Notes: generated from the sequence alone by a model not told the origin. Positions 29,648 through 39,873 are shown, numbered from the stretch's first letter. The stretch is DNA of 64,000 bases from Chloroflexota bacterium (GCA_963662335.2 CAXXVD010000003.1:128001-192000); one strand, 5' to 3'. Translations and numbers: made by a program.

Positions 29648-29695
29648 TCTCTCCTGTTGCGGTCTCTCACGAATACATCATAAGCGGCGGCGCAT

Positions 29696-30457
29696 TCAGG
29701 CTTCAACCTCCGGCCAGCGGTCGTCGTCCGTGCCGCGCCGTTCATGCCAAAGCTCGTCGACCACTTGTTCGACGAGCTCGTACCCGAAGCCCCGGCGGGC
29801 GAGAAACCCGCCAAGCTGCCGGCGAAACCGGATGGGGTCGGCGGTACTAAGCGTTGCCGCGCGCTTGCGGGCGGCCCGGCGCGCCAGCGCCGCCTCATCG
29901 CTGCCAAAGCGCGCCAGCGCGTCTTCGATGATCGCGTCGGCCACGCCCTTGTGGCGCAGTTCCCAGGCCAGCGCCCGCGTGCCCTTAGGCCGGTGCGCGT
30001 CGCGGCTCTCCACCCAGAAGCGGGCGAACGCCGCGTCGTCCACGTACCCCAATTCCGTGAGTCGCCGGAGCGCGTGGTCGCGGGCCGCGGCGTCGAACGC
30101 CTTCTTGCGGAGGTGGTCGGACACCTCCTTGGCGCTGCGCGGGCGGTAGGAGATGAAGTTCAGGCCGGCCTCCACGGCGCGCCGGTCGCTGTCATCGCGC
30201 TGCCAGGCAAGGATGCCGGCGGCGTCAACCGGGTCGCCCACGTTCAGCCCCCGCGCGGCCACCGTTTCCGCCCGCAGGCGCAAGGTCTCGCCGGTGCTCA
30301 GCGTAACCCGAAAGGAAGTCGCCTTGGCGCCAATGGGACGCAGTTCGGCGATCTTGACCTCCGCAGTCACATCCCGGTTTGCGGGCGCGGAATCTTCATC
30401 TGCGTGAGCGGACTCGTTGCGCACTGCGCCGGACGCGGGCTCGTCTGCTGGTTGCAC
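29696..30457 (-). CDS. recX: Regulatory protein RecX
   Basis: SYRPRSAKEV, LGYVDDAAFA, ELRHKGV and FLARRGF motifs. Confidence 0.9.
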   Translation of the reverse strand: MQPADEPASGAVRNESAHADEDSAPANRDVTAEVKIAELRPIGAKATSFRVTLSTGETLRLRAETVAARGLNVGDPVDAAGILAWQRDDSDRRAVEAGLNFISYRPRSAKEVSDHLRKKAFDAAARDHALRRLTELGYVDDAAFARFWVESRDAHRPKGTRALAWELRHKGVADAIIEDALARFGSDEAALARRAARKRAATLSTADPIRFRRQLGGFLARRGFGYELVEQVVDELWHERRGTDDDRWPEVEA

Positions 30458-30493
30458 GGCTCAATTCTCCGGCGCACACGCGGCAGCGGGCGG

Positions 30494-31120
30494 CTACTGG
30501 CTTCCCCGGCTCAACGATATGCGACGCTCGGTGCCCGCCAGCAGCCGGGAGATGTTATCGCGGTGCTGCACGAATATGACCGCGCCGCCCACCACCGCGT
30601 AGATGAGATACGCCACCGGCACCTGGAACCAAAGCATCGCGACGGCAAGCAGAACCGGGGCCGCGGCGACGGTGGTGAGCGACGCGAGAGAGACGTAGCG
30701 GCTGATGAACATCACCGGCAGGAAGACGACCCACAGCACGGCGATGATCGGCGGCGCCATGAAGGCCAGTCCCGCCGCGCCCGGCACGATCCCCCGGCCG
30801 CCGCGAAAGCCGATGAAGAGCGGCCAGTTGTGGCCCAGGATGGCCGCAAAGGCCATGAGCACCTCGCCGGTGGGATTGCCCGGCAGCGCCAACCGCAGCG
30901 CCACCAGCGGCAGGAGCACTTTCAGCGTATCCCCCACGAACGACGCGACGCCGGCCGCCACGCCGAACGTGCGCCAGACGTTGGTGGAGCCCGTGCGCCC
31001 GCTGCCGTGCTCGCGGATGTCCGCGCGGTGGAAGACGCGCGCTACCAGCCACCCGCTGGGAATGGACCCGGCCAGGTAGCCAACGACGATGAAGAGCGCG
31101 TACCACAGAAGTTCAGTCAT
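30494..31120 (-). CDS. plsY: Glycerol-3-phosphate acyltransferase PlsY
   Basis: YLAGSIP, DIREHGSGRTGSTN, GHNWP..FRGGRG and HRDNISRL; start MTELL overlaps the der stop. Confidence 0.93.
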   Translation of the reverse strand: MTELLWYALFIVVGYLAGSIPSGWLVARVFHRADIREHGSGRTGSTNVWRTFGVAAGVASFVGDTLKVLLPLVALRLALPGNPTGEVLMAFAAILGHNWPLFIGFRGGRGIVPGAAGLAFMAPPIIAVLWVVFLPVMFISRYVSLASLTTVAAAPVLLAVAMLWFQVPVAYLIYAVVGGAVIFVQHRDNISRLLAGTERRISLSRGSQ

Positions 31121-32471
31121 GATGGCCGTGGAAGAGCAGCCGGATGGGCGTGCCGTCGAAGCCAAAGCTCCGCCGGATGTTGTTCTCCAGGAAGCGGCGG
31201 TGGGAGAAGTGGGCGAGCGCGGGCTCGTTGACGGAGAAGACGAAGGTCGGCGGATGGACGCTCGCCTGGGTCGCGTAGTAGATGCTGAGCCGCCGCCGCT
31301 TGGACGAGAGCGTGCGGTCGGCCAGCCAGGCGCGCAGCGCGCGGTTGAGCGCGCCGGTGGTGACGCGCCGCCCGCGCTCGGCGTAGACCTGCAATCCCGC
31401 CGGCAGCACCCGCCCCAGGTGAAAGCCGGTCTTGGCGGATATGACCACCGCCGGCGCGTGCGGCATCCAGCGCAGCCGTTGCTGTACCATACGCTGCGCC
31501 TCACCGGCGTCACCGTCTACCAGGTCCCACTTGTTGAGCACCACCACTAGCCCCTTGTACGCCTCATTGACGTAGCCGGCCACGTGCACGTCTTGCGCCG
31601 TCAGACCCTCGGCGGCGTCTACCACCAGCAGCGCCACGTTGCACCGGTCCAGCGCGCGCAGGGTGCGGAGCACGCTATGGGATTCCACGCCCCGCTGCAC
31701 CTTGCCGCGCCGCCGCAGGCCGGCCGTGTCGATGAGCACCGCCGTGTCGTCGCCGTAGGTCACCTCGGTGTCGATGGCGTCGCGGGTAGTACCGGGCACG
31801 TCGCTGACGATCGTGCGCTCGTCGCCGAGTAGGGCGTTGAGCAGCGCCGACTTGCCGACGTTGGGCCGCCCGACGATCGCGAACTGGGGTAGCGCTTCGG
31901 TCGTGTCTTCTGCCGCCGCTTCCGGCAAATGAGCGCAGACGGCGTCCAGCAGATCCCCCGTGCCCAGGCCGTGCAGGGCCGAAAGCGAGACCACGTCGCC
32001 GACGCCCAGCGAGTAGAACTCGTAGGTTTGCAGGTGGGTCTGCCGGTTGTCGGCTTTGTTGGCGGCGATGACGATGGGCTTGCGGGTGTGGCGCAGGAGC
32101 GCGGCAATCTCGGCGTCCTGCGGCGTGATGCCGGCCGGTGTATCCACGACGAAGACGATGACGTTCGCTTCTGCAATGGCCGCTTGCACCTGCCCGTAGA
32201 CGGATTCGGCCAACTCGTCGCGTTCCTCGGCAATGCCGCCGGTGTCGGTGAGGGTGAAGGCGCGGTCTTGCCACTCCGCCACGCCGTAGACGCGGTCGCG
32301 GGTGGTACCGGGCTCGTCCTCCACCACGGCCTGGCGCCGCCCCAGCAGGCGGTTGAAGAGGCTCGACTTGCCCACGTTCGGCCGCCCAATGAGGGCGACG
32401 ATGCCGCACGGCGCGGCGCGGGCGTCCGCGGACAGGGCCGCGGCGTCGGGTTGGTCGGGTGTCGTGCTCAT
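31113..32471 (-). CDS. der: Ribosome biogenesis GTPase Der (EngA)
   Basis: Two GRPNVGKS G-domains, NKAD/NKWD, C-terminal KH-like domain. Confidence 0.97.
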   Translation of the reverse strand: MSTTPDQPDAAALSADARAAPCGIVALIGRPNVGKSSLFNRLLGRRQAVVEDEPGTTRDRVYGVAEWQDRAFTLTDTGGIAEERDELAESVYGQVQAAIAEANVIVFVVDTPAGITPQDAEIAALLRHTRKPIVIAANKADNRQTHLQTYEFYSLGVGDVVSLSALHGLGTGDLLDAVCAHLPEAAAEDTTEALPQFAIVGRPNVGKSALLNALLGDERTIVSDVPGTTRDAIDTEVTYGDDTAVLIDTAGLRRRGKVQRGVESHSVLRTLRALDRCNVALLVVDAAEGLTAQDVHVAGYVNEAYKGLVVVLNKWDLVDGDAGEAQRMVQQRLRWMPHAPAVVISAKTGFHLGRVLPAGLQVYAERGRRVTTGALNRALRAWLADRTLSSKRRRLSIYYATQASVHPPTFVFSVNEPALAHFSHRRFLENNIRRSFGFDGTPIRLLFHGHHD

Positions 32472-32776
32472 GAGGGTGCTCTGCGTAGGCTGCTCGATTC
32501 CGCGCGCTCCGCCCCGCGGCCGCTGATGAAGAGCCGCGATCGCGCCTATGCGCGCTGTGCCCGGTTGCTGGCTCTACGGTACTCCAGAAGCGAGGTAGTT
32601 GTACACTGCGCAGGGCGCTCCGGAGAAAGATGCTGCCGCGCGGCCGCTGAAGCGCGCGTGGAGAACGAGAATCCTGCTAAGTACGTGAAAACAGCGAGTG
32701 CGGTCACACTAAAGTAGCGCGGGGGCTTGTCCCCCGCTTCCCGCGCAACGGCTGAACGGCGCCGGGGGCAAGGCGC

Positions 32777-33637
32777 TCAAGACGGAACCGCGTCGAGTTC
32801 CTTCAGCCAGTCCACCACCTCGTGCACCGACCAATCGGGCGTGGACGCGCCGGCGGTGACGCCGACGTTCTCCGTGTTGGCAAACCAGGCGGGGTCCAGT
32901 TCGGCGGCGGATTCGATGTGGTAGGTGGGCGTGTTCGCCTCGCGGCCAATCTCCGCCAGGTGGGTGGTATTGGCGCTGTTGCGGCCGCCCACGACGATCA
33001 TCACGTCCACCTGCGGCAGCACGTCGCGCGCGGCGGCCTGCTGTTTGGTGGTGGCAAAGCAGAGCGTATTGACCACGTGCACTTCCAGCGCGTCCTCCAG
33101 CGCCAAGTCCATCAAGCGGCGCGCTACGGCTTGGAAGCGTTCCACCGTCTGCGTGGTCTGCGAAACCAGGCAAATCTTGCGGCGCAGGCGCACCTCATCC
33201 AGTTCCGCGGCGCTCGCCACGGCTACGCCCCGGCCGGCCGACCAGCCCAGAATACCGCGCACTTCCTTATGCGTGGGGTCGCCAAATATCAGGATCTGAT
33301 AGCCGCGCTCGGCGTGCTCCTGCACGATGCGGTGCACCTTGGAGACGATCGGGCAGGTGGCGTCCAGGAGCGCCAGGTTGTGGTCGGCGATCTCTTCAGT
33401 GACTGCCTGGCCGGTACCGTGGGCGGTGATGGTGGCAACGCCGTCTTGCGGGATGCTCTCCATGTCCGCGACCACCTCGATGCCGTCCTGCTTGAGCCGC
33501 TCGATCACGGACGGGTTGTGCACAAGCTGTCCCAGCGTGTAGAGCCCGCCCTGCTCTTTGGCGGCCGCCTGGGTCATCTCGATCGCGCGCTTGACGCCGT
33601 AGCAAAACCCCATCTCTTGCGCCAGGATGATGTTCAT
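32777..33637 (-). CDS. ispH: 4-hydroxy-3-methylbut-2-enyl diphosphate reductase
   Basis: GFCYGVKRA, VHN, AHG, DATCP, QTT, NTLC, SAN and TAGASTP motifs. Confidence 0.96.
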   Translation of the reverse strand: MNIILAQEMGFCYGVKRAIEMTQAAAKEQGGLYTLGQLVHNPSVIERLKQDGIEVVADMESIPQDGVATITAHGTGQAVTEEIADHNLALLDATCPIVSKVHRIVQEHAERGYQILIFGDPTHKEVRGILGWSAGRGVAVASAAELDEVRLRRKICLVSQTTQTVERFQAVARRLMDLALEDALEVHVVNTLCFATTKQQAAARDVLPQVDVMIVVGGRNSANTTHLAEIGREANTPTYHIESAAELDPAWFANTENVGVTAGASTPDWSVHEVVDWLKELDAVPS

Positions 33638-33803
33638 CGCAGTCCCTCTGCATGTAGCTGATTCTGCCTTAATTGTAGCGGATTGGAGGCGGCGGGAACA
33701 ATGCGCCGGGTTGCGGGGAGCGTTAGACCGTCACTCCTGTCATGCCTGCGCTGTTTGTGATTGTCATTCCCAACGGATCGGAGCGCGAAGATCTGACCGC
33801 TTG

Positions 33804-33950
33804 TCATTCCGAACGGAGCGCAGCGGAGTGAGGAATCTAGGGCGCAGCGGTATGCGGTCGGCTGCGGTATGGACGCTAGATTCCTCGCTGCGCTCGGAAT
33901 GACACGCAGAGGGTGCTCGGAATGACGCGCCGGGGGCGCTCGGAATGGCA
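33804..33950. repeat. Family C element with trailing 23-bp-period GCTCGGAATG reiterations
   Basis: Arms 33804-33903; GCTCGGAATG at 33892, 33915 and 33938. Confidence 0.8.
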
Positions 33951-34048
33951 GTCAAGGTTGCGCTTGGAAGGGCAGAACCGTAGCGCGGGGGCTTGTCCCC
34001 CGCTCTTTGGCGAGGGACGCGCACGTCCTCTTTGCCAAGGCGCTTAGT

Positions 34049-34774
34049 TCAGGCGGGCGCATTCCCCTCGTCCAGCAGGGCGACGACCCGCTGCCGCAGC
34101 GATTCCGCGATGGCGTCCGCCTCGTCGCCGCTGAGTTTCTTGCCGTAGTGCTCGTGGAGTTCAATGGGTTCGTCGAAGGTCACGCTGATTCCCACCCGCG
34201 GACGCGGAATCGCGCTGCCGCGCGGCAGGGCCTTTTCGGTATTGCGGATGGCGGTGAGCACGATCGGCACCCGTTGGCGCACGGCGATGCGCACGAAACC
34301 GGCGTTGAACGGGCCGACCGCGCCCGTGCGGCTGCGGGTGCCCTCGGGAAAGAGCACCACCGCCTCGCCCTGCTTGAGCAACTGCATGAGCAGGCGCACG
34401 CTGCGCACGTCGGCGGTCTGGCGGATGATTGGGTAGGTGCTCCAGCGGGGCAGCAGCACCCGCAGCAGCCAAATGCGGAAGAGTTCCACCTTGGCCATGA
34501 ACGAGAGCGCGCGGTGCGGGCAGGCCACGCCGACGGCAAACGGATCGAGATTGTTGCGGTGGTTGCAGATGATGAGCAACGGCCCGCTGCGCGGCGGCTT
34601 GCTCCCCCGCACGCGCAGGCCCAGGTAGAGATGGAAGAGCGGCAGCAGCGCCAGGCCGCCGACCACGAAGTACCAGAACCAATTCCGCTTGTTGCGGTGG
34701 CTGCGCTGATACGCCACGTCGGCCGCGGTTATCTGCGAGGGGTCCAAACGCGGTTCGATGCTTGCTTGCCCCAC
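34049..34774 (-). CDS. plsC: 1-acyl-sn-glycerol-3-phosphate acyltransferase
   Basis: NHRNNLD, MAKVELF and FPEGTRS motifs. Confidence 0.88.
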   Translation of the reverse strand: MGQASIEPRLDPSQITAADVAYQRSHRNKRNWFWYFVVGGLALLPLFHLYLGLRVRGSKPPRSGPLLIICNHRNNLDPFAVGVACPHRALSFMAKVELFRIWLLRVLLPRWSTYPIIRQTADVRSVRLLMQLLKQGEAVVLFPEGTRSRTGAVGPFNAGFVRIAVRQRVPIVLTAIRNTEKALPRGSAIPRPRVGISVTFDEPIELHEHYGKKLSGDEADAIAESLRQRVVALLDEGNAPA

Positions 34775-34963
34775 GTGCGTCTCTCCCGTTGGCGGCGGCG
34801 CGCTCGCTTGCCCGCGCGCCCGTATCTGTCAAGGATACCCAAACGTGCGGCTGGCGGCTAGCGTTCACTGCGCATCCGGCGCGCGCGCGTCCACTGGTAG
34901 CGGCAGCCGCTTCTCACAGTTGCCAGAGAGAGGCTGCGTCCATGGTGAAAGAAGGCGTTACGG

Positions 34964-35126
34964 TAACGCTGTCGCATGAAACGTAATGGCAATGAGTACC
35001 ACTTGTCACGTCTCCGTTAACGCAGGATTGCAGCCTGAAAAGTTGGCGGGACAATCCTCATTCGTGTCCTTTTCTCTTGCTCCGGCGGGGGACAAGCCCC
35101 CGCGCTACACTAATGCGACAGCACAA
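34964..35126 (+). mobile_element. MITE family 1, full-length (163 bp)
   Basis: TAACGCTGTCGCATGAA...CTAATGCGACAGCACAA with internal REP A; flanks share TTACGG only. Confidence 0.75.
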
Positions 35127-35212
35127 CGTGTTTACGGCGGCTATACCGCGTGCTACGCTGAAAGCCGGACTCAGAATGCCGCTACGCGAGTCCCATAACG
35201 AGGAGCAAATGG

Positions 35213-35512
35213 ATGTTCACCCTTACGGAAGCCGCCGCGCGCCGCATCAAGGCGCAGATGGCAGCGGAAGGCGAGGGCGAGATGTACTTGCGGGTGTTCG
35301 TGCGCCCCGGCGCGGAGGGCATGCAGTTCGGCATGTCCAGCGAGGAGCAACCCGGCAAGAACGACGAGGTCAGCGACCAGCACGGCCTGAACGTGCTGGT
35401 GGACAAACTCAGCCTGCGCACCCTCGACGGCGTGGTGCTGAGCCTCACGGCAGACGGCGGCTTCAGCCTCGGCAAGCCGGACGCCGCAGAGACGGAATCC
35501 GCCGAGGCGTGA
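35213..35512 (+). CDS. HesB/IscA-fold protein lacking cysteines
   Basis: TLTEAAARRIK, LRVFV, VLVDKLSL..LDG pattern; GAGGAG RBS. Confidence 0.75.
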   Translation: MFTLTEAAARRIKAQMAAEGEGEMYLRVFVRPGAEGMQFGMSSEEQPGKNDEVSDQHGLNVLVDKLSLRTLDGVVLSLTADGGFSLGKPDAAETESAEA

Positions 35513-35712
35513 GCGGTTCGTTCATTACCTTGACAAGCCTCTGTTAAATCGTGCCGGGTTCCACCGGTTCGACAAAATGCAGCGGTGGTCGTACCTGACG
35601 TAGCGTACTCCAATGGTGTCCCGCTGACGCGGACCAAGGCATCCCCAACAACATCGTGGGTGGGATATATCATTGAACAGGTCAACTTGCCACATTGAGG
35701 AGAACGGTTGTA

Positions 35713-38700
35713 ATGCGTAGGCCTACCGTCTTTGGTGTACTTGCGCTACTGCTTGCCCTCGCCGCTATAGTGCTGTCCGGGTGCAACGGTCATCCTGATC
35801 CTCGACCCCCCAGGGTCTTCCAGCCCGGGGACGTGTTTTGGAGTTACCGGCACGCGAGCAAAGCGGTAGAGTCTCCGCCGGTCGTTGTGGATGGCGTGGC
35901 CTACGGCGGTTTTGCCGGCGGTGTCTATGCGCTGGAGACCGACTCTGGCAAGCTTCTATGGCACCTGTACCTTGACCGTAGTGTGAGATATCCTCCCGTG
36001 GTAGCTGGTGGCGTGGTCTATGTCGGCTATGACTATGGTGGCGTGCATGCGTTAAGCGCTGCGACCGGTGATATCTTGTGGCAATTCAAATTGAAAGGGG
36101 AAATGAGGGAGCCTCTGGAACTGGTCGAAGGCGTATTGTTCGTACGTTCCTGGAAGAACCGCAGGGATGAGGAACTGTACGCCCTCGACGCCGCGACGGG
36201 AGAGTTGATTTGGGATGCAAGTGAGTACAAGCTTCACTTTCCAGTGAAGATAGAAGATGGCGTAGTTCTCAATGAATCCTGGGTCGATGATCGCCTCCGA
36301 TACGTGCTTGCATTCGAGGCTGCTACCGGGGAACTTCTGTGGCGCACCGATTTAGAGCGCGATCTCGGTGAGACTACAACGGTGGCTGATGGCGCGGCAT
36401 ACATCGGCGTCTGGGGCACTAGCGTCTATTCCTTGAGCCTCCCTACCGGCGAGCTATCGTGGCGCTTCCCGTTAGATAATGCAATTTGGGGCCCGCCGGT
36501 TCGGGTTGATGGTTCTATCATCTTTCGTACAGATGACGGGCAAGTCTTCGCCCTGGACGCCACGAGCGGCAAACTCCGCTGGCGCTTTCAAGCAAGTGAC
36601 AAGATATATAGGCACCCAGTAGCTGGTCGAGGCTTGGTCTATGTTTTTTCAGAAGACAATAATCTCTACGCCCTGGATGCGGCGAGCGGAGAGCTCCGCT
36701 GGCACTTTCGCACAAGTTCAAGTTTGACTTCGTCTCCCGCGATAGTTGAAGGCGTAGTCTACGTCTTCACTCACTATTCGGACATGTACGCTCTGGATGA
36801 AGCAACGGGCGAGCTTGTCTGGCACTACAAGACAGAAGATTGGGTGGAAGTGCCTCCAGTAGTAGTTGACGGTACGGTCTTTATTAGACCGTCCGCCGGA
36901 CACATCGTAGCGCTCGACGCCGTGAGCGGCGAGTTTCTGCGCAGATTCGAAGCAGGCATGTACCTAGCGGCGTTCACCGTTGTCGACAGCACCGTCTACA
37001 TAGGTCTAAATGGCGGCTATATTGGGGCATTCGACACTACTTCCGGTGAACGGCTTTGGCGCTTCCACACCGATGTTACGAGAACTGCTTACCCGGCCGT
37101 GAACGACAGCGTGCTCTACGTCGCCTTGGGCACCGACCATATTTATGCGCTCAATGGCGCGAACGGAGAGTTTTTTTGGCTCTATCAGACCGATGGCAAG
37201 GTTCTGGCCTCTCCGGTGGAGGCAGACGGCACGGTCTACGCTACCTCGGAGGATGGACGACTCTACGCGCTGGATGCGGTGACCAAAGAGTTGAAGTGGA
37301 GCTATCAGACGGACGGCGGCATCGTTTCCTCACCGGCGGTGGCTGACGGGCTGGCCTTTGCCGGTGCCACCAGTGGGTCTGTCTATGCGCTCGATGCCGC
37401 CAGTGGCGCGCTGCGCTGGCGTTTCCAGGCCGGGGGTGAAGTGCGGTCTGCTCCGGTGGCGGCCGGTGGCGTGGTTGCGGTAGTCTCGCGCGACGGCTAC
37501 GTGTACGGGCTGGATGCCGACACCGGTGAGCAACTGTGGCGCTTCCAAAGCGGCTACTTCGTGGAATCATCGCCGGCGATGGCGGACGGCGCGGTCTACG
37601 TGGGATCGGATGACGGCTATCTTTACGCCCTGGATGGTGAGAGCGGCAAACTGCTGTGGCGCTATGCAACAGGGGGAGAAGCTTGGGGCTCTCCGGCGGT
37701 GGTCGCCGGCGCCGTGTACGCCGGTGCAGACGATGGCTTCGTGTACGCGCTGGATGCCAGGAATGGGGAGTTGCTCTGGCGCGCTGAGACAGGCGACTTC
37801 GTGCAGCAAGCGCCAGCCATGGGTGGCGGCGTCGTGTACGCGGGGTCGGAAGATGGCTACGTCTACGGCCTGAGCGCCGAAAGTGGGGATCTTCTGTGGT
37901 GGTCCCAGATTGATAGCGCGGTGCGGGACTCCCCCGTAGTCAGGGACGGCAGAGCCTACGTGGCTTCCGAGAGCGGAACCGCCTATGCGTTGTTCCTTAA
38001 CGAACCCGAACCGCAGGTTCAGCCGGAAGGCAAGCTCATTTGGCGCTACCAGACGCGCAACAATGTCGCTTCCTCGCCGGCAGTGGCAAATGGCGCGGTC
38101 TACTTCAGTTCTTTCGATCGCTACCTGTACGCCTTGAACACTGCCTCCGGCGATTTCCTCTGGCGATATGAGATTGGGTCGTATCTGCATTCCTCGCCGA
38201 CGGTAGCAAACGGTGTGGTATTCATAGGCTCGCACGAGGGCTACGTTTACGCCTTCGACGCCGTGACCGGCGACCTTAGATGGCGCTATGCAACGGAAGG
38301 CGAAGTGTCTGAACCTCCCACCGTGGTCAGGGGCGTCGTGTACGTTGGCTCGGAAGATCGCCACGTCTATGCGCTGGACGCCGCAAGTGGCGAGCCCATC
38401 TGGAACTTCCAGACCGGCGGCCCTGTGTTTTCCTCCGCTGTGGTTTCGCAGGGCGTGGTCTACGTCGGCTCAGGTGACGGCTATTTGTACGCCCTAGACG
38501 CCGCGACCGGCAAACTCCGCTGGCGCTTCAAAACGGGTGACACAATCTACTACTCCCCGGCAGTCACGGGCGGTGTGGTCTATGTAGGCTCCAGCGACCG
38601 TTACCTGTATGCCCTCGATGCCAAGAGCGGTGAACTCATTTGGTGGTCTGGGAACTACTCCCATGACAGCTACGGGGGCCTCGGCCCTGCGGTGGTTGAT

Positions 38701-38994
38701 GGTGCGGTATTTGCGAAGTTAGCCGATCGCTACTTGCATGTCGTTGACGCCCTTTCCGGTGAGTTCCGCTGGCGCTTTCGAGCCGGTGGCGGCATTACTG
38801 CCCCAGAAGTGGTAGACGGCGTGGTCTATTTTGGGTCATATGACGGCTATGTCAATGCCCTCGTCACAGATTCCGGTGAATTCCTCTGGCGCTACAAGAC
38901 AGACGGTTCTGTTCAGTCTTCCCCAACAGTAGTTGACGGCGTGGTCTACGTCGGCTCCGAAGATGGCTACCTCTACGCACTAGAGGCCCGTTAG
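35713..38994 (+). CDS. PQQ-type beta-propeller repeat lipoprotein
   Basis: LSG-C lipobox; 26 repeats of ~40 aa (W..sP.v.dG.VY.gS.Dg.lYALDa.tG). Confidence 0.92.
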   Translation: MRRPTVFGVLALLLALAAIVLSGCNGHPDPRPPRVFQPGDVFWSYRHASKAVESPPVVVDGVAYGGFAGGVYALETDSGKLLWHLYLDRSVRYPPVVAGGVVYVGYDYGGVHALSAATGDILWQFKLKGEMREPLELVEGVLFVRSWKNRRDEELYALDAATGELIWDASEYKLHFPVKIEDGVVLNESWVDDRLRYVLAFEAATGELLWRTDLERDLGETTTVADGAAYIGVWGTSVYSLSLPTGELSWRFPLDNAIWGPPVRVDGSIIFRTDDGQVFALDATSGKLRWRFQASDKIYRHPVAGRGLVYVFSEDNNLYALDAASGELRWHFRTSSSLTSSPAIVEGVVYVFTHYSDMYALDEATGELVWHYKTEDWVEVPPVVVDGTVFIRPSAGHIVALDAVSGEFLRRFEAGMYLAAFTVVDSTVYIGLNGGYIGAFDTTSGERLWRFHTDVTRTAYPAVNDSVLYVALGTDHIYALNGANGEFFWLYQTDGKVLASPVEADGTVYATSEDGRLYALDAVTKELKWSYQTDGGIVSSPAVADGLAFAGATSGSVYALDAASGALRWRFQAGGEVRSAPVAAGGVVAVVSRDGYVYGLDADTGEQLWRFQSGYFVESSPAMADGAVYVGSDDGYLYALDGESGKLLWRYATGGEAWGSPAVVAGAVYAGADDGFVYALDARNGELLWRAETGDFVQQAPAMGGGVVYAGSEDGYVYGLSAESGDLLWWSQIDSAVRDSPVVRDGRAYVASESGTAYALFLNEPEPQVQPEGKLIWRYQTRNNVASSPAVANGAVYFSSFDRYLYALNTASGDFLWRYEIGSYLHSSPTVANGVVFIGSHEGYVYAFDAVTGDLRWRYATEGEVSEPPTVVRGVVYVGSEDRHVYALDAASGEPIWNFQTGGPVFSSAVVSQGVVYVGSGDGYLYALDAATGKLRWRFKTGDTIYYSPAVTGGVVYVGSSDRYLYALDAKSGELIWWSGNYSHDSYGGLGPAVVDGAVFAKLADRYLHVVDALSGEFRWRFRAGGGITAPEVVDGVVYFGSYDGYVNALVTDSGEFLWRYKTDGSVQSSPTVVDGVVYVGSEDGYLYALEAR

Positions 38995-39346
38995 GCAGAG
39001 TCCGGCACTGGGTGGGGCGGAAGTCGCCCCAATACTATGTTGCCTGACGAAGCGGTTCGTTTTGGTGGGCGTTGATACGTCAGCCAGCGGCAAGAGTCGA
39101 GTTGCAACCCTAGGAATGAAGCGCGGGCGGCGCGTTTGTATGCCCGTCGCATTCGCTAATAGCCGCAGCCGAGTCCCGGTTCACGCCTCGTTCTTTCAAA
39201 GTGGGTCGAATCGTTGAGGCGTATCCGTTGCCGGGAGACTGCGGCGCGGCCAGTATGCGCATACTGTAGTGGACTACCGCGCATACTGGCACGGATTGTC
39301 CTGAGGACACCCGTTGCTGCGGTATAATATAAGGGAATCGCCTTCT

Positions 39347-39432
39347 GGAGGGGTGTCCGAGTGGTTTATGGAGATGGTCTTGAAAACCATTGACCGAAAG
39401 GTCCGGGGGTTCGAATCCCTCCCCCTCCGCCA
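39347..39432 (+). tRNA. tRNA-Ser (anticodon TGA)
   Basis: GGAGGGG/CCCCTCC acceptor stem, ATGGT-CTTGAAA-ACCAT anticodon arm, long variable arm, GGTTCGAATCC, CCA; TATAAT at 39323. Confidence 0.96.
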
Positions 39433-39553
39433 GTGTGCGCGTGTGAGGCGCCGGCCGGTCGCGCGGCGCCGCTTGCGTAGTAGGGTATAATAGAAGCAAC
39501 TCCGCGCGTCGCCCGATTGCCACAGGCAGTTTGGCGGACTCGCCGGAGCGCAG

Positions 39554-39647
39554 GGAGGGGTCGCATAGATGGTCTAGTGCGGTCGCCTGCTAAGCGATTG
39601 TGGGGTTAATAGCTCCACCGAGGGTTCGAATCCCTCCCCCTCCGCCA
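39554..39647 (+). tRNA. tRNA-Ser (anticodon GCT)
   Basis: GGAGGGG/CCCCTCC acceptor stem, GTCGC-CTGCTAA-GCGAT anticodon arm, long variable arm, CCA; TATAAT at 39486. Confidence 0.96.
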
Positions 39648-39660
39648 CGGAAACAAGATA

Positions 39661-39707
39661 AAGAGGACGGCGCGAACTCCCTGGAGTTCGCGCCGTCCTC
39701 TTCTTAT
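39661..39707 (+). terminator. Intrinsic terminator after the tRNA-Ser pair
   Basis: AAGAGGACGGCGCGAACTCC-CT-GGAGTTCGCGCCGTCCTCTT-CTTAT. Confidence 0.85.
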
Positions 39708-39735
39708 CGTGCCGCATACCGTGGGGCCGCGGTCG

Positions 39736-39856
39736 GTAGCGCAGGTTTGCAACCTGCGCCTGCTGGAAGGCCCTAGCCACTTTTCCTTACATGCGGAAAT
39801 GTCGGCAAGTGCGCCCCGCGCCGTTTGCTCCTGCGGGGGACAAGCCCCCGCGCTAC
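39736..39856. repeat. REPIN-like inverted pair GTAGCGCAGGTTTGCAACCTGCG ... REP A, without MITE ends
   Basis: Same two hairpins as inside MITE family 1, with a different spacer. Confidence 0.7.
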
Positions 39857-39873
39857 GGTGAAGCGGCCACGCG

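Noticed and set aside
32472-32713. Riboswitch or ncRNA between ispH and der
   Set aside because: No recognisable conserved motif; an Rfam/Infernal search would be needed
35510-35560. Selenocysteine read-through of the HesB-like TGA stop
   Set aside because: The TGA is not at a conserved Cys position, no SECIS-like hairpin is evident, and another stop follows shortly
39407-39647. att-site duplication of a tRNA 3' end (shared 26-bp GGGTTCGAATCCCTCCCCCTCCGCCA)
   Set aside because: Both copies belong to complete tRNA-Ser genes with different anticodons, and there is no integrase
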